Both the position numbers and the translations under genes were made by a program. Of a stretch of DNA of 64,000 nucleotides, positions 10,795 through 20,002 are shown in pieces. The DNA comes from a virus: positions 25,905 through 89,904 of the IMG/VR virus record IMGVR_UViG_3300028559_000015; one strand, written 5' to 3'. Every line of letters starts with the position of its first letter. Position 1 is the first letter of the stretch. The notes beneath the pieces were generated by a model. That model saw nothing but the letters and a program-made list of their open reading frames with translations, was not told the DNA's origin and made no database searches.

Positions 10795-11335
10795 CAAAGT
10801 ATATTACACAGAAAAACAAATCAATAACTCGATCCATACCATCATTCGACAAATAGTCAATGACGATTGGAAGCCTGACTATGTAGTTGGCATTACTCGC
10901 GGCGGACTAGTACCTGCGCTTAAGATCAGTCACTACCTTGATGTTCCGATGAACACTCTCAAGGTTAACCTGCACGATAACGGTGAAAGTGAGACAAATT
11001 GCTGGATGTCAGAAGACGCATTCGGTTATGTTCCCGTATCAGAACGAGCAACAGTAAAGAGTCGATGGGACACTAAGAAGCGTAAGAATATTCTTATTGT
11101 AGATGATATCAACGACACCGGTGAAACGTTAGAATGGATCAAGAAAAGTTGGGAAAAATGTTGCTTACCCGATGAACCCGCATGGGAAACAGTCTGGGGG
11201 AACAATGTTCGCTTTGCTGTGTTAGTTAACAATGACACTAGCCCTACAGAAGTCAATTATATCGGGGAGTCTATCAATAAGACAGAGGACCCTCAGTGGT
11301 GTGTTTTTCCGTGGGAGTATTGGTGGAAACTCTAA
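10787..11335 (+). CDS. Purine phosphoribosyltransferase (Gpt-like)
   Basis: VVGITRGGLVPA, PRPP loop ILIVDDINDTGET, WCVFPWE. Confidence 0.88.
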   Translation: MVNKVYYTEKQINNSIHTIIRQIVNDDWKPDYVVGITRGGLVPALKISHYLDVPMNTLKVNLHDNGESETNCWMSEDAFGYVPVSERATVKSRWDTKKRKNILIVDDINDTGETLEWIKKSWEKCCLPDEPAWETVWGNNVRFAVLVNNDTSPTEVNYIGESINKTEDPQWCVFPWEYWWKL

Positions 11336-11724
11336 GAGACGACTTGATGGTTCAACAGCAGATAAAGACTGAATGGGAACATATGGTCGGTGTGATCATG
11401 CTGAACCAAACAGGAAGAAAGCCTGTGAAATACGTACTGCCGAAATTCTTAAAAAAGTTTCCGAACCCAACAAGTCTCCTAAATAGCACAGTGGAGGATG
11501 TGATCGACATCATCAAGCCACTTGGTATGTATAACATCAGAGAGAAACGGTTGCGCCGTATGTCAGAGGACTACTTGACTTGGAATAAGCAAGATGCACT
11601 AGCCCTTTACGGAATCGGAAAATACGGTAATGATAGTTATGAGATTTTCTTTAAACAAAACTACAACGTAAAGCCCACTGACAAAGAATTAGTACGGTAC
11701 CTAAATGATAGAAAAGATAGTTGA
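11323..11724 (+). CDS. HhH-GPD DNA glycosylase, MBD4-like
   Basis: IMLNQT, IIKPLGMYNIR, LYGIGKYGNDSY; GTG start after GGGAG. Confidence 0.8.
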   Translation: METLRDDLMVQQQIKTEWEHMVGVIMLNQTGRKPVKYVLPKFLKKFPNPTSLLNSTVEDVIDIIKPLGMYNIREKRLRRMSEDYLTWNKQDALALYGIGKYGNDSYEIFFKQNYNVKPTDKELVRYLNDRKDS

Positions 11725-11726
11725 CA

Positions 11727-11780
11727 ATGGCTGTAATTAAAGTAAGCGAATTATTCTATTCAATCCAAGGAGAGAAGTAA
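11727..11780 (+). pseudogene. Orphaned 5' fragment of queE (MAVIKVSELFYSIQGEK*)
   Basis: 13 consecutive residues (IKVSELFYSIQGE) identical to the N-terminus of the intact queE at 12375, with different synonymous codons. Confidence 0.85.
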
Positions 11781-11794
11781 AAAGTGAAAATGCC

Positions 11795-11826
11795 TTCTCC
11801 CTGCATAAATACTTGCAAGAGGAGAA
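11795..11826 (+). promoter_or_regulatory. RBS-sequestering hairpin with late promoter in its loop
   Basis: TTCTCCCTGCA-TAAATACT-TGCAAGAGGAGAA upstream of ATG 11831. Confidence 0.7.
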
Positions 11827-11830
11827 CATC

Positions 11831-12397
11831 ATGATTCAACAGGGAATATCACGAAATAGCCGAGAACATTCTGCTAAGAGGCACAAACGAGCAGAATTGA
11901 AAAAAGCATTTGGCATTCACGCAGATCAATATGAAGCGATGCTGGAAGAGCAAAACCATACTTGTGCAATCTGTGGGAAATCGGACATATGCAATAGGTC
12001 CCTAGCAGTAGATCATTGTCATAAAACTAAGCGAGTAAGAGGGTTATTGTGCACCAATTGCAATATGGCTTTGGGGAAGTTTCAAGATGATGTTGAGATT
12101 GTGAAACGGGCAGTTGAATATCTAAGAAGGGAATATCAGGTTCCTCAAGTTGAAGACACAGTTGAACACATTTCGCATGATGACCGACCTAATTGGAAGA
12201 TGCTTGTTACTACCCCAGCTGGAATGTTTCCGTCTATGGGACACGCAGCTAAACACTATGATGTCCACGAAACAACGATAAGAGGCTGGTGTCTTACTGA
12301 CAGCAAGAGAAAAAAGGAAGGGTTTAGTTGTGAAAAACTATATGTTTCCATGAATTATTTGAAGGAATATATCAATGAACAAAATAAAAGTATCTGA
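11831..12397 (+). mobile_element. Endonuclease VII-family (His-Me) homing endonuclease with C-terminal HTH
   Basis: CAICG...LAVDHCH...VRGLLCTNCN; inserted between duplicated queE starts. Confidence 0.85.
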
Positions 12398-13217
12398 ACT
12401 TTTCTATTCAATACAAGGAGAGGGAAGATATTCCGGTGTACCAAGTATCTTCCTCAGAACATTTGGCTGTAACTTCACTTGCGGCGGATTTGGGATGCCC
12501 AAAGGACAGATGTCAGACGAGCGGGCGAACATAAATCCAAAGGACTATTCTGAGTATGGTTCTCTGCCGCTTCTCTCCACTGGATGCGATTCATATGCAT
12601 CTTGGGATCCTCGATTTAAGCATCTGTCTCCTGTTAGAGACATTGATTCTATCGTCGATAGTATTATGAAGCTGCTACCGTTCGGAGAATGGAGAGACGA
12701 ACACCTCGTCATCACAGGAGGAGAACCTCTCTTAGGCTGGCAACGTGCCTATCCTGCGTTGCTCGGTCATCACAAGATGCAGGGCCTTAAGGAGATTACA
12801 TTTGAAACAAACGGTACACAAGAGTTGAGCGAAGAACTGTATGGGTTTTTGATCGACCGGGAAACTTCACAAAACAATCGACAGGTTACATTTAGCGTCA
12901 GTGCGAAACTAAGCTGTAGCGGTGAGTCTAGAGAACAAGCAATCTGTCCAGACATTGTTAGTAGCTACGAGAATGTTGGGTATGCATATCTCAAGTTTGT
13001 GATCGCTACTGAAGATGATGCTCAGGAAGCTCTTGAAGTAACCAAGCTATATCGTGATAGCGGGTTCGAAGGCCCCGTATATTTCATGCCGGTCGGCGGT
13101 GTCGAAAGTGTTTATCATCTTAACAACAAGAATGTCGCTGATCTTGCCATGCGTAATGGCGTTAGATATAGTGACCGGCTACATTTGCCATTGTTCGGCA
13201 ACAGGTGGAGCACCTAA
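12375..13217 (+). CDS. queE: 7-carboxy-7-deazaguanine synthase (radical SAM)
   Basis: ELFYSIQGEG, FLRTFGCNFTC...GCDS, VITGGEPL, FETNGT, RLH. Confidence 0.92.
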   Translation: MNKIKVSELFYSIQGEGRYSGVPSIFLRTFGCNFTCGGFGMPKGQMSDERANINPKDYSEYGSLPLLSTGCDSYASWDPRFKHLSPVRDIDSIVDSIMKLLPFGEWRDEHLVITGGEPLLGWQRAYPALLGHHKMQGLKEITFETNGTQELSEELYGFLIDRETSQNNRQVTFSVSAKLSCSGESREQAICPDIVSSYENVGYAYLKFVIATEDDAQEALEVTKLYRDSGFEGPVYFMPVGGVESVYHLNNKNVADLAMRNGVRYSDRLHLPLFGNRWST

Positions 13218-13234
13218 ATAGTAATAGTTTATTA

Positions 13235-13281
13235 CCCCTCGTATTGTATAAATAATGAAGACTATTTAATAATATGAGGGG
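13235..13281 (+). promoter_or_regulatory. RBS-sequestering hairpin with TATAAATA late promoter in loop
   Basis: CCCCTCGTATT (13235) pairs with AATATGAGGGG (13271); TATAAATA at 13247. Confidence 0.75.
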
Positions 13282-13285
13282 AAAC

Positions 13286-14041
13286 ATGACAAATCCTATT
13301 AATAAAAAAACCACAGAACAGTTCATAAGCGAAGTAAATCCAGAGTTAGGTATTATGATATTAGGAGAGTATGTTAATACTGATACTAAGATCGAATATC
13401 AATGCAAGCACGGGACCTACTATTCATTGCCCTGGCAAATGTTAAAGTTTAAGTATTGTTGTCGTAAGGGATATTACGAAAGCGGCAAAATGTGGGAAAA
13501 AAGAACTAATACCTTGCAAGAGTTGAAGGCACGGGCATCACGAGACCGTAAAAATATTGATGTTACAGAATGCTATATTGATACTTCCGGACGCTATAAA
13601 AGACTAGCGAATATTAGATGCACTAACCATAATATATATTATAACCCCATAGCAAATAATAAAATAGGACAATGTCCAGAATGTTACAAAGAAGATAATA
13701 TGGAAAAGTTGAAGTTGGCACAAATAGCAGCTTGGTCAAGTCAGTCAACTGGTAGTTTTGTTAGTGAGAGCGAAACAAAATGGTTAGATTCATTAGAAGT
13801 TAAAGGTAGACAAGTGTGGTTAAAGGATGTACAATACAAAGTAGATGGGTATGATGCTGAAACTAACACTGTTTACTTGTACCACGGTAGATTCTGGCAC
13901 GGTTGCCCAGATACATTTGATCCAGAAATGATTCATCCGGTGGTGAAGATACCAATGAAAGATTTATACGAGAAAACGATGATGTATGAAAACAAGATTA
14001 GGAATGCGGGATATAACCTTGTGGTAGAGTGGGGAAGATGA
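13286..14041 (+). mobile_element. Vsr/EDxHD-like homing endonuclease with Cys-rich N-terminal repeats
   Basis: VDGYD...YHGRFWHGCP...GYNLVVEW; AT-rich, own late promoter. Confidence 0.72.
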
Positions 14042-15369
14042 AGCGAATCGGATTCCTAGTCAGTTCGCAGACATTAATTCCACACGGTGGTATAGGTCAG
14101 TTCGCAAAGAGTTTTTGTGAGCTAATGAACAGACAAGGGGTGCTGGTTGACATCATCACCGATAAAGCTCCGCAAGGATCAAGCAGCGACTTTCTAAATT
14201 CCATAGATGCGAATATCATCTATCCTAGTGAGCCGCTGCGTTACACTGATCACAGTGCCATTTTTATGTACGGTGATAGTTTCTGTTATGAACGAATGGC
14301 GAACTTTCGTAACTCAATTGTCAAGGCATTAACTACTAATATTTATGATGCCTTTATTTGTAATACGTATGAGACTGTGCAAGTTGCAAGCACTATGGGA
14401 CTTGAGGATTGCATTCAAGTCATTGCTTACACTCACCTTGAGAGTCAAATCTTCAAAGACACCAAGAATCCTTTCTTAGGCAACGTCAATGAAATGATGC
14501 GTAAGCAACTGGGTATCAACAATGTTGACATCGGAACACAAAGCAAGTTCAATCAACTACAATTTTGGGAGGAAGCTGCGTATCATCTTCCTATTCCCCT
14601 TCCGGAAAAGGGGTTGTTGCAAGAATACAACAAACCACGTGAAGGTGTTCTGTTCATCGGACGCTGGGAAGAAGGCAAAAATCCTGAACTCTATCTTGAC
14701 TTGATTGAGCAGACTAGATTGCCCGCCCGTGTCATGACTAATGCTACTGGTGCTAAGAAGTTTGAAGAACGCTTGAAAAAGTTAGGTGTTGATTACAAAA
14801 TTGCGGTCAGCGTTATCGGGCAAGAGAAAGTGGACTTCATCACAAACTGCCGAGTAGCGTTCAATCCTAGCACTGTAGAAAGCTACGGTATTGCTTTCTA
14901 TGAACAGACTATCCAGCTTCCTACATTTGCCCTTGAGAACCAGCGCTGGACTAACAACTTTGATAGTCACTTGTTCTTCACAACAACTAAGAAGAATATG
15001 GCAGCGGATATTATAGCAGCATATAATAAGTACGATACCGCAGAGAAGTGGTATGCTAACGGGTATCTTGAATACTTCAAGGCGCATGAAGATCAAGTGT
15101 TCCATCATTGGAATGAGTGCTTCGGTAGCTTTACTGGTAAGCAATCTAATAGCAGTACTGCTAAGATATGCAATGAAACTACAGTAAAATACGCTGATTT
15201 CATCGCTGCACTAAAGCGAAACATCATTTGTATAGATGATGTCAGGTCAGTACTCACAAACAGGCACAAGTTTCGTGTCATCTACACTGCTAAGGACACT
15301 TGGCTAACTAAGGATCCTTCGTTTGAACCAGCAGAAGAACTTACTGGATTAGGATTATTTGAGTTTTAA
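14038..15369 (+). CDS. GT4-family glycosyltransferase
   Basis: HGGIGQF, LFIGRWEEGKNP, PSTVESYGIAFYE (E-x7-E). Confidence 0.85.
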   Translation: MKRIGFLVSSQTLIPHGGIGQFAKSFCELMNRQGVLVDIITDKAPQGSSSDFLNSIDANIIYPSEPLRYTDHSAIFMYGDSFCYERMANFRNSIVKALTTNIYDAFICNTYETVQVASTMGLEDCIQVIAYTHLESQIFKDTKNPFLGNVNEMMRKQLGINNVDIGTQSKFNQLQFWEEAAYHLPIPLPEKGLLQEYNKPREGVLFIGRWEEGKNPELYLDLIEQTRLPARVMTNATGAKKFEERLKKLGVDYKIAVSVIGQEKVDFITNCRVAFNPSTVESYGIAFYEQTIQLPTFALENQRWTNNFDSHLFFTTTKKNMAADIIAAYNKYDTAEKWYANGYLEYFKAHEDQVFHHWNECFGSFTGKQSNSSTAKICNETTVKYADFIAALKRNIICIDDVRSVLTNRHKFRVIYTAKDTWLTKDPSFEPAEELTGLGLFEF

Positions 15370-15370
15370 T

Positions 15371-16219
15371 ATGAAAAAGATTTTGGTAACAGGCTGTTCA
15401 GGATACATCGGTTCGCACCTTTGTAAGCTGCTTGAACAGGACTATGAGGTATATGGACTAGATGTTAATAAACCTAAACATCCAGTAAAAGAATTCTTTC
15501 AGGTTGATATCAACAAGCCGTTCAAGACTGACAGAGAGTTTGACGCGGTGGTGCATCTGGCTGCGTTAGTCAACGTCAGTGAGAGTGAGGTGATTCCAAT
15601 CATGTATTACATCACTAACCTTAACGGTACAATGAATGTGCTGAACAAGGTCAAGACGAAAAACTTCATCTTTGCTTCTACCGGTGCAGCAGCACTGTGT
15701 GAAAGCGCATACGGTATTAGTAAGAGAGCCGCAGAGGATGTAGTCACTGAATATTGTACGCGCCACACCTCTACTCCTTATACGATTTTTAGGTTTTATA
15801 ACGTTCTTGGTTCGTCAAGTTATCCACCCACTAACCCGGATGGCTTGATGTACAAGATGATGGAATCTAGTTATACTAGAGAGTTCACGATCTTCGGTGA
15901 TGACTATGACACCTCGGACGGAACGTGTGTGCGTGACTATGTTCACGTTGATGAAATCTGCGAAGCTATCAAGCTAGCAATCGAAAAGCCAGCTAATAAG
16001 GTCGAGTGCTTAGGTCATGGTGTAGGTTACACGGTTAAAGAAATCTTTGACAAGTTCCTAGAAGTGAATGAGGAAGCGTTGTATAAAGACACCGATGAGG
16101 CAATTCTTTGTAAAGTCGGCCCCCGTAGAAAAGGGGACATACCTCATAGCGTACTAAAAGATGTGTCCCCTTATATGAAAAATCTCTATGCTATAGAAGA
16201 TTTACTCAAGCTACCCTAG
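15371..16219 (+). CDS. NAD-dependent sugar epimerase (GalE-like)
   Basis: VTGCSGYIGSH, HLAA, YGISK, FRFYNV, DGTCVRDYVHV. Confidence 0.9.
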   Translation: MKKILVTGCSGYIGSHLCKLLEQDYEVYGLDVNKPKHPVKEFFQVDINKPFKTDREFDAVVHLAALVNVSESEVIPIMYYITNLNGTMNVLNKVKTKNFIFASTGAAALCESAYGISKRAAEDVVTEYCTRHTSTPYTIFRFYNVLGSSSYPPTNPDGLMYKMMESSYTREFTIFGDDYDTSDGTCVRDYVHVDEICEAIKLAIEKPANKVECLGHGVGYTVKEIFDKFLEVNEEALYKDTDEAILCKVGPRRKGDIPHSVLKDVSPYMKNLYAIEDLLKLP

Positions 16220-17478
16220 TGCATCAACAGGAATGAGTTGAGAACGTCGTTGCGATTGGCAGAATCATCTCCGTCGCCCGGCTTAACGATAACGTTCCAC
16301 TTGCCTACTTCCTTACTCTGAGGTGTCTTCATCATCTCATCATATGTCAATATAGATTCTGGCTGCACACTGTATTTTGCAGCAAGGCGTTGCTTAAGCG
16401 AATTGATTGCGTTTTTGTCTATGTAGAACAGCTTTCCTTTTTCATCGCGATCCAGAAGGTCTTTGAATAGAACTTCAGGAACAACTCTACTGTTCTTGGT
16501 TTTTTGGAAATCAATCTGCTTCTCTTCTCCGGGCTTCGCCCCCATCGAATAGTTGATCTTGAAGTTATTTGGTTTCGACCCTTGAGCGACTGATGCTAGT
16601 TTGGTGTAAGCATAGAAATCTACATTAGGATGCTTTTTAGCCAATGCATACGACATTGCGAGATATTGAGGAGAGAAGAAGTCGCCGGCATCATGCCAAC
16701 GAATAACAAGTTTAGTTTTCTTGTCTTTCTTGTTGAACTTCTTGTCAGCCGCATCGATTTCTCTGCTCATCATGTCCATGAAGCCGTCAGGGTCGTTGTA
16801 CAAGAAGTTCAGAAGCTGCGTTTGTCCTTCAGCGACATTCTTCCACTGAACATATCCGCCCTTCAGGGCGTAGCAATACGTCTGACATTCGCCTGCTCCG
16901 GGGCAAGTGTCGATTACCACGAATTTTTTATCGTCTTCGTCATACGCTAGTCCTTTAAGAGCAGGAAGACCCACGTTATAGAATACACTAGCAGTGCCAT
17001 CACTGTGCTGCATCTTTTCATTCTGTTTGAGAACTTTAGATGGTCGTCTAGTTATCAAATCGCGTAGGGCATCTAGGTCGTATTTTTTACCGTCTTGGTC
17101 AACGATTGGAACTACTGAACTTCGGTGAATATAAGGCTTCTTGAACTTGTCCTGCTTAGTTTTGCCTGACACATACTTTTCAGTTCCGCGAGCAGTCTTT
17201 TTTGCTGCACCCGTCTTAGGGTCTGTGACAGGTTTACCCATGATACGATCTAGATAACCCTTCAATTCTTTTGGACTTAACTCACGCGCAGGTGCGTCAA
17301 TTTTAGCTTCTTCGATTTCCTCATCTTCTTCCACGTTTTTTTCGTCAGGTGTTACTACGCCTGATGCATTGAGAAACTGATCTAACGTCATCACGTTCAA
17401 TTTATCCGAAAACGGGGAAGAACCCTTGACTTCTTCCGAATTCTCTGTTATAAGATTAAGTATGTTTCTAATATCCAT
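16216..17478 (-). CDS. Gp88-like (radical-SAM-like Cys cluster) protein with CTS-like leader
   Basis: TCPGAGECQTYCYA, IRWHDAGDF, FYAYTK; begins MDIRNILNLITE; GATAAATA upstream on the minus strand. Confidence 0.7.
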   Translation of the reverse strand: MDIRNILNLITENSEEVKGSSPFSDKLNVMTLDQFLNASGVVTPDEKNVEEDEEIEEAKIDAPARELSPKELKGYLDRIMGKPVTDPKTGAAKKTARGTEKYVSGKTKQDKFKKPYIHRSSVVPIVDQDGKKYDLDALRDLITRRPSKVLKQNEKMQHSDGTASVFYNVGLPALKGLAYDEDDKKFVVIDTCPGAGECQTYCYALKGGYVQWKNVAEGQTQLLNFLYNDPDGFMDMMSREIDAADKKFNKKDKKTKLVIRWHDAGDFFSPQYLAMSYALAKKHPNVDFYAYTKLASVAQGSKPNNFKINYSMGAKPGEEKQIDFQKTKNSRVVPEVLFKDLLDRDEKGKLFYIDKNAINSLKQRLAAKYSVQPESILTYDEMMKTPQSKEVGKWNVIVKPGDGDDSANRNDVLNSFLLMH

Positions 17479-17531
17479 GATAAGTCCCGCTTTATATAGT
17501 GTATTTATCAAAAACCGGCAAGATAATAAAA

Positions 17532-17633
17532 ATGCAATACGTTGACGACACTACATTGTTCTATATATCATGTGCATTGGTATTTGTGGCTATTTTACTT
17601 AGTATACTCAAGCCTTTTAAAAATAACAGATAG
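17532..17633 (+). CDS. Small membrane protein (33 aa)
   Basis: MQYVDDTTLFYISCALVFVAILLSILKPFKNNR; one hydrophobic span. Confidence 0.45.
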   Translation: MQYVDDTTLFYISCALVFVAILLSILKPFKNNR

Positions 17634-17645
17634 TGGAGAACCCTC

Positions 17646-18236
17646 ATTAATATTTTTTATGTACACACTGATCCAGTCATCGCTGCACAGTCGATGGTTG
17701 ATCGGCACGTAGTCAAGATGATTCTGGAGACGGCCCAGCTACTCTCTACTGCACATCGTGTTATAGATGGTGTAGAGTATGTAGGTCAGTCACAGTCTGG
17801 TCGCAAAGCAAAACGATGGCGGTTATCAGGTAATGCTGATGCTATTATGTATGCTGCTACTCATATTAATCATCCTTCAGCAGTTTGGGTTCGTGAAAAC
17901 TCTGCCAACTATGCTTGGTTGTATGATCATCTTTTGGCTCTTGGTCGTGAGTACACTTATCGTTATGGTCGTACTCATCTTACAATTGATAAGCTAAAGG
18001 ATATTCTCAAGGAAGCCCCTGAGCAGATCACAGAAAGCAAAGTAATGACTAAGATGCCATCTTGCATGGACAAGCAGTACATTGTTAGCTTAGACCCGGT
18101 TGTCAACTATCGTAACTACTACAATTACGGTAAGGTTAACTTACTGCGTTGGACTGAGCGCGGGCCTCCTAGCTGGATCGACGGTGAAGTTATTCAGCAG
18201 TCAGGTAAAAAGACGATATATACTATTGAAAGGTAA
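17646..18236 (+). CDS. Pyrimidine-dimer glycosylase-like protein with probable ATT start
   Basis: (M)NIFYVHTDP...HVVKMILETAQLLSTAH...THINHPSAVWVR; GGAG 7 nt before the ATT. Confidence 0.75.
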   Translation: MNIFYVHTDPVIAAQSMVDRHVVKMILETAQLLSTAHRVIDGVEYVGQSQSGRKAKRWRLSGNADAIMYAATHINHPSAVWVRENSANYAWLYDHLLALGREYTYRYGRTHLTIDKLKDILKEAPEQITESKVMTKMPSCMDKQYIVSLDPVVNYRNYYNYGKVNLLRWTERGPPSWIDGEVIQQSGKKTIYTIER

Positions 18237-18240
18237 AAAT

Positions 18241-18687
18241 ATGTTTGACAAATTAAAGAAATGGTTCACTGAACCAATGTTTCCCGAAGAACAGCCGGCG
18301 GTTCCTGAACCAAAGCCCGAAGTAAAGCCTGAAGTAAAAGCACCCAGAAAGCCTAAGGTGGAACTCACAGACAAGGAAAAGGCTACTGCGGCTGGAGAAC
18401 CTTACGTCGCTATTCTCAAGGTTGATTTGGATCCAAATGACATCAACAATGGTGCGTTTGATCTTGATTGGAACGACAAGTTCCTTCTCAATCTGATTAA
18501 ACAAGGTTATAAGATTCGCGCCGATGACACAGACGCTATGATCGTTGATCGATGGTTCCAAACTGTTTGCCGAAATATCGCACTTGAGGTATACGAGCAA
18601 GAACAAGCTGACCCGGATAAGCGGGAAAGTGATATGCGTGTTATTCGACAGCGTGATCTAGGCGGCGGGTATACGGAGGCAAGCTAA
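18241..18687 (+). CDS. Hypothetical protein
   Basis: AAGGT RBS; FDLDWNDKF, IVDRWF. Confidence 0.75.
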   Translation: MFDKLKKWFTEPMFPEEQPAVPEPKPEVKPEVKAPRKPKVELTDKEKATAAGEPYVAILKVDLDPNDINNGAFDLDWNDKFLLNLIKQGYKIRADDTDAMIVDRWFQTVCRNIALEVYEQEQADPDKRESDMRVIRQRDLGGGYTEAS

Positions 18688-18769
18688 CCTTTTGGATAAA
18701 AGGGCTTGACAACTGCTACTATTTTGTGTATTATATGCTTATTCATAGAGAAAATGCTAGGTAATAACC

Positions 18770-20002
18770 ATGGTCAGTAAGTCTAATAATTTCAAGTTTG
18801 CGTGGGTACCTAATAAGGAACCAATCACTGCTCGTCCCGTAAATGTTCTAGACAAGCTCCCGAACGACTACGATATTATCTCGGTAGATGTACAGGCTAC
18901 GCAGTGTCTCGCTTCCCTTGAAAAGAGCATTCGGGATGAGCTAGCCAAACCTACTTACAAAAACACGAAGCCGCAGCGTTACGATCAACGACCCAAACAC
19001 CAGGAGATTGCGCTTGGTGTGTTTTTCACTGCTCGGTCATTCCAGCGTCCTGAAAACCAGCCTCATATTAGGAATATTGTTCTTAAGTGGGATTCTCGTC
19101 GTCCCGCAGCTATTCAAGTTTGCCACAATCCTGTTACAGATGAATACTACATAACCGACGGACAGCACACTGCGCTTGCGTATGCAATTCGTGCTAAGAT
19201 GGGCTTGTTTCCTGATGTTAACCCTGAGGATTGGTTGAATCTCAAAGTAGATTGCATGGTAGTAGAACTTGAAGTCAACAAGGATGGTTCGGTTGACATG
19301 AGTTTCTGTCGTGAGCATTTCATGGGTATCAACGGCGGTGACAAGTTGAAGCTAGCTGATTTTGATTTTTATCAGAATCATGTATTGGCTAAGCGTCAAG
19401 ATTCACCCAACAATGAAACTCAGGACGAATATGAAATTGCTTTCAACAAGCAAGTGATTATGGAACAGAATGATGTCATTCCTGTTCACAAGAATTCTTC
19501 TGATCGCTTCAAGGCCGGTGCTCTTACTGGTGTTACTCACCTTAAGGATTTGAGCATTGAGGATGTAGAGTTCTTTAGTTCTAATCACAAGAAGTATTGG
19601 CCTCAAGAACCCGTTGACGCTATGGAGCTTGTTCCCATGAAAACATTGCGTAAGCTGATTGTTTCTAAGATGCGTAATTCTAAGGAATTTGATTCCAAGG
19701 AATTCAAGAAGTTTATGGAAGATTTGAATGCAACAGTAAAAACTACTGCCGGTAGCTGGGAACAGCTTAAGAATTTAGCACAGACTACCTACGCAAAGTA
19801 CTATCGTGAGATTATGGGTGACTTTGCTAAGTCTAAGGTTAGTGTTCCCGATGATGTGTCGCTCGTTCTTCTACTCAAGATGTATCGCGCCGCAGGTGGC
19901 AACTATAAGTGCATTCCTGATTCAGTATATACCCGATATACCGAGAACGGGGATGACCTGTTCAATCACTTGGAACCTGCTAAGAAAGAGTTGTTTAAGT
20001 GA
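18770..20002 (+). CDS. ParB/DndB-like DGQH-motif protein
   Basis: YYITDGQHT motif; own TTGACA-N17-TATTAT promoter near 18706. Confidence 0.6.
   Translation: MVSKSNNFKFAWVPNKEPITARPVNVLDKLPNDYDIISVDVQATQCLASLEKSIRDELAKPTYKNTKPQRYDQRPKHQEIALGVFFTARSFQRPENQPHIRNIVLKWDSRRPAAIQVCHNPVTDEYYITDGQHTALAYAIRAKMGLFPDVNPEDWLNLKVDCMVVELEVNKDGSVDMSFCREHFMGINGGDKLKLADFDFYQNHVLAKRQDSPNNETQDEYEIAFNKQVIMEQNDVIPVHKNSSDRFKAGALTGVTHLKDLSIEDVEFFSSNHKKYWPQEPVDAMELVPMKTLRKLIVSKMRNSKEFDSKEFKKFMEDLNATVKTTAGSWEQLKNLAQTTYAKYYREIMGDFAKSKVSVPDDVSLVLLLKMYRAAGGNYKCIPDSVYTRYTENGDDLFNHLEPAKKELFK

Noticed and set aside
11783-11806. Reverse complement reads MQGEGIFT, like an inverted queE piece
   Set aside because: Adequately explained as the anti-SD arm of the hairpin; too short to support an inversion
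11775-12422. Group I intron in queE
   Set aside because: The downstream copy has its own complete start and RBS, and there is no room or sequence for an intron core
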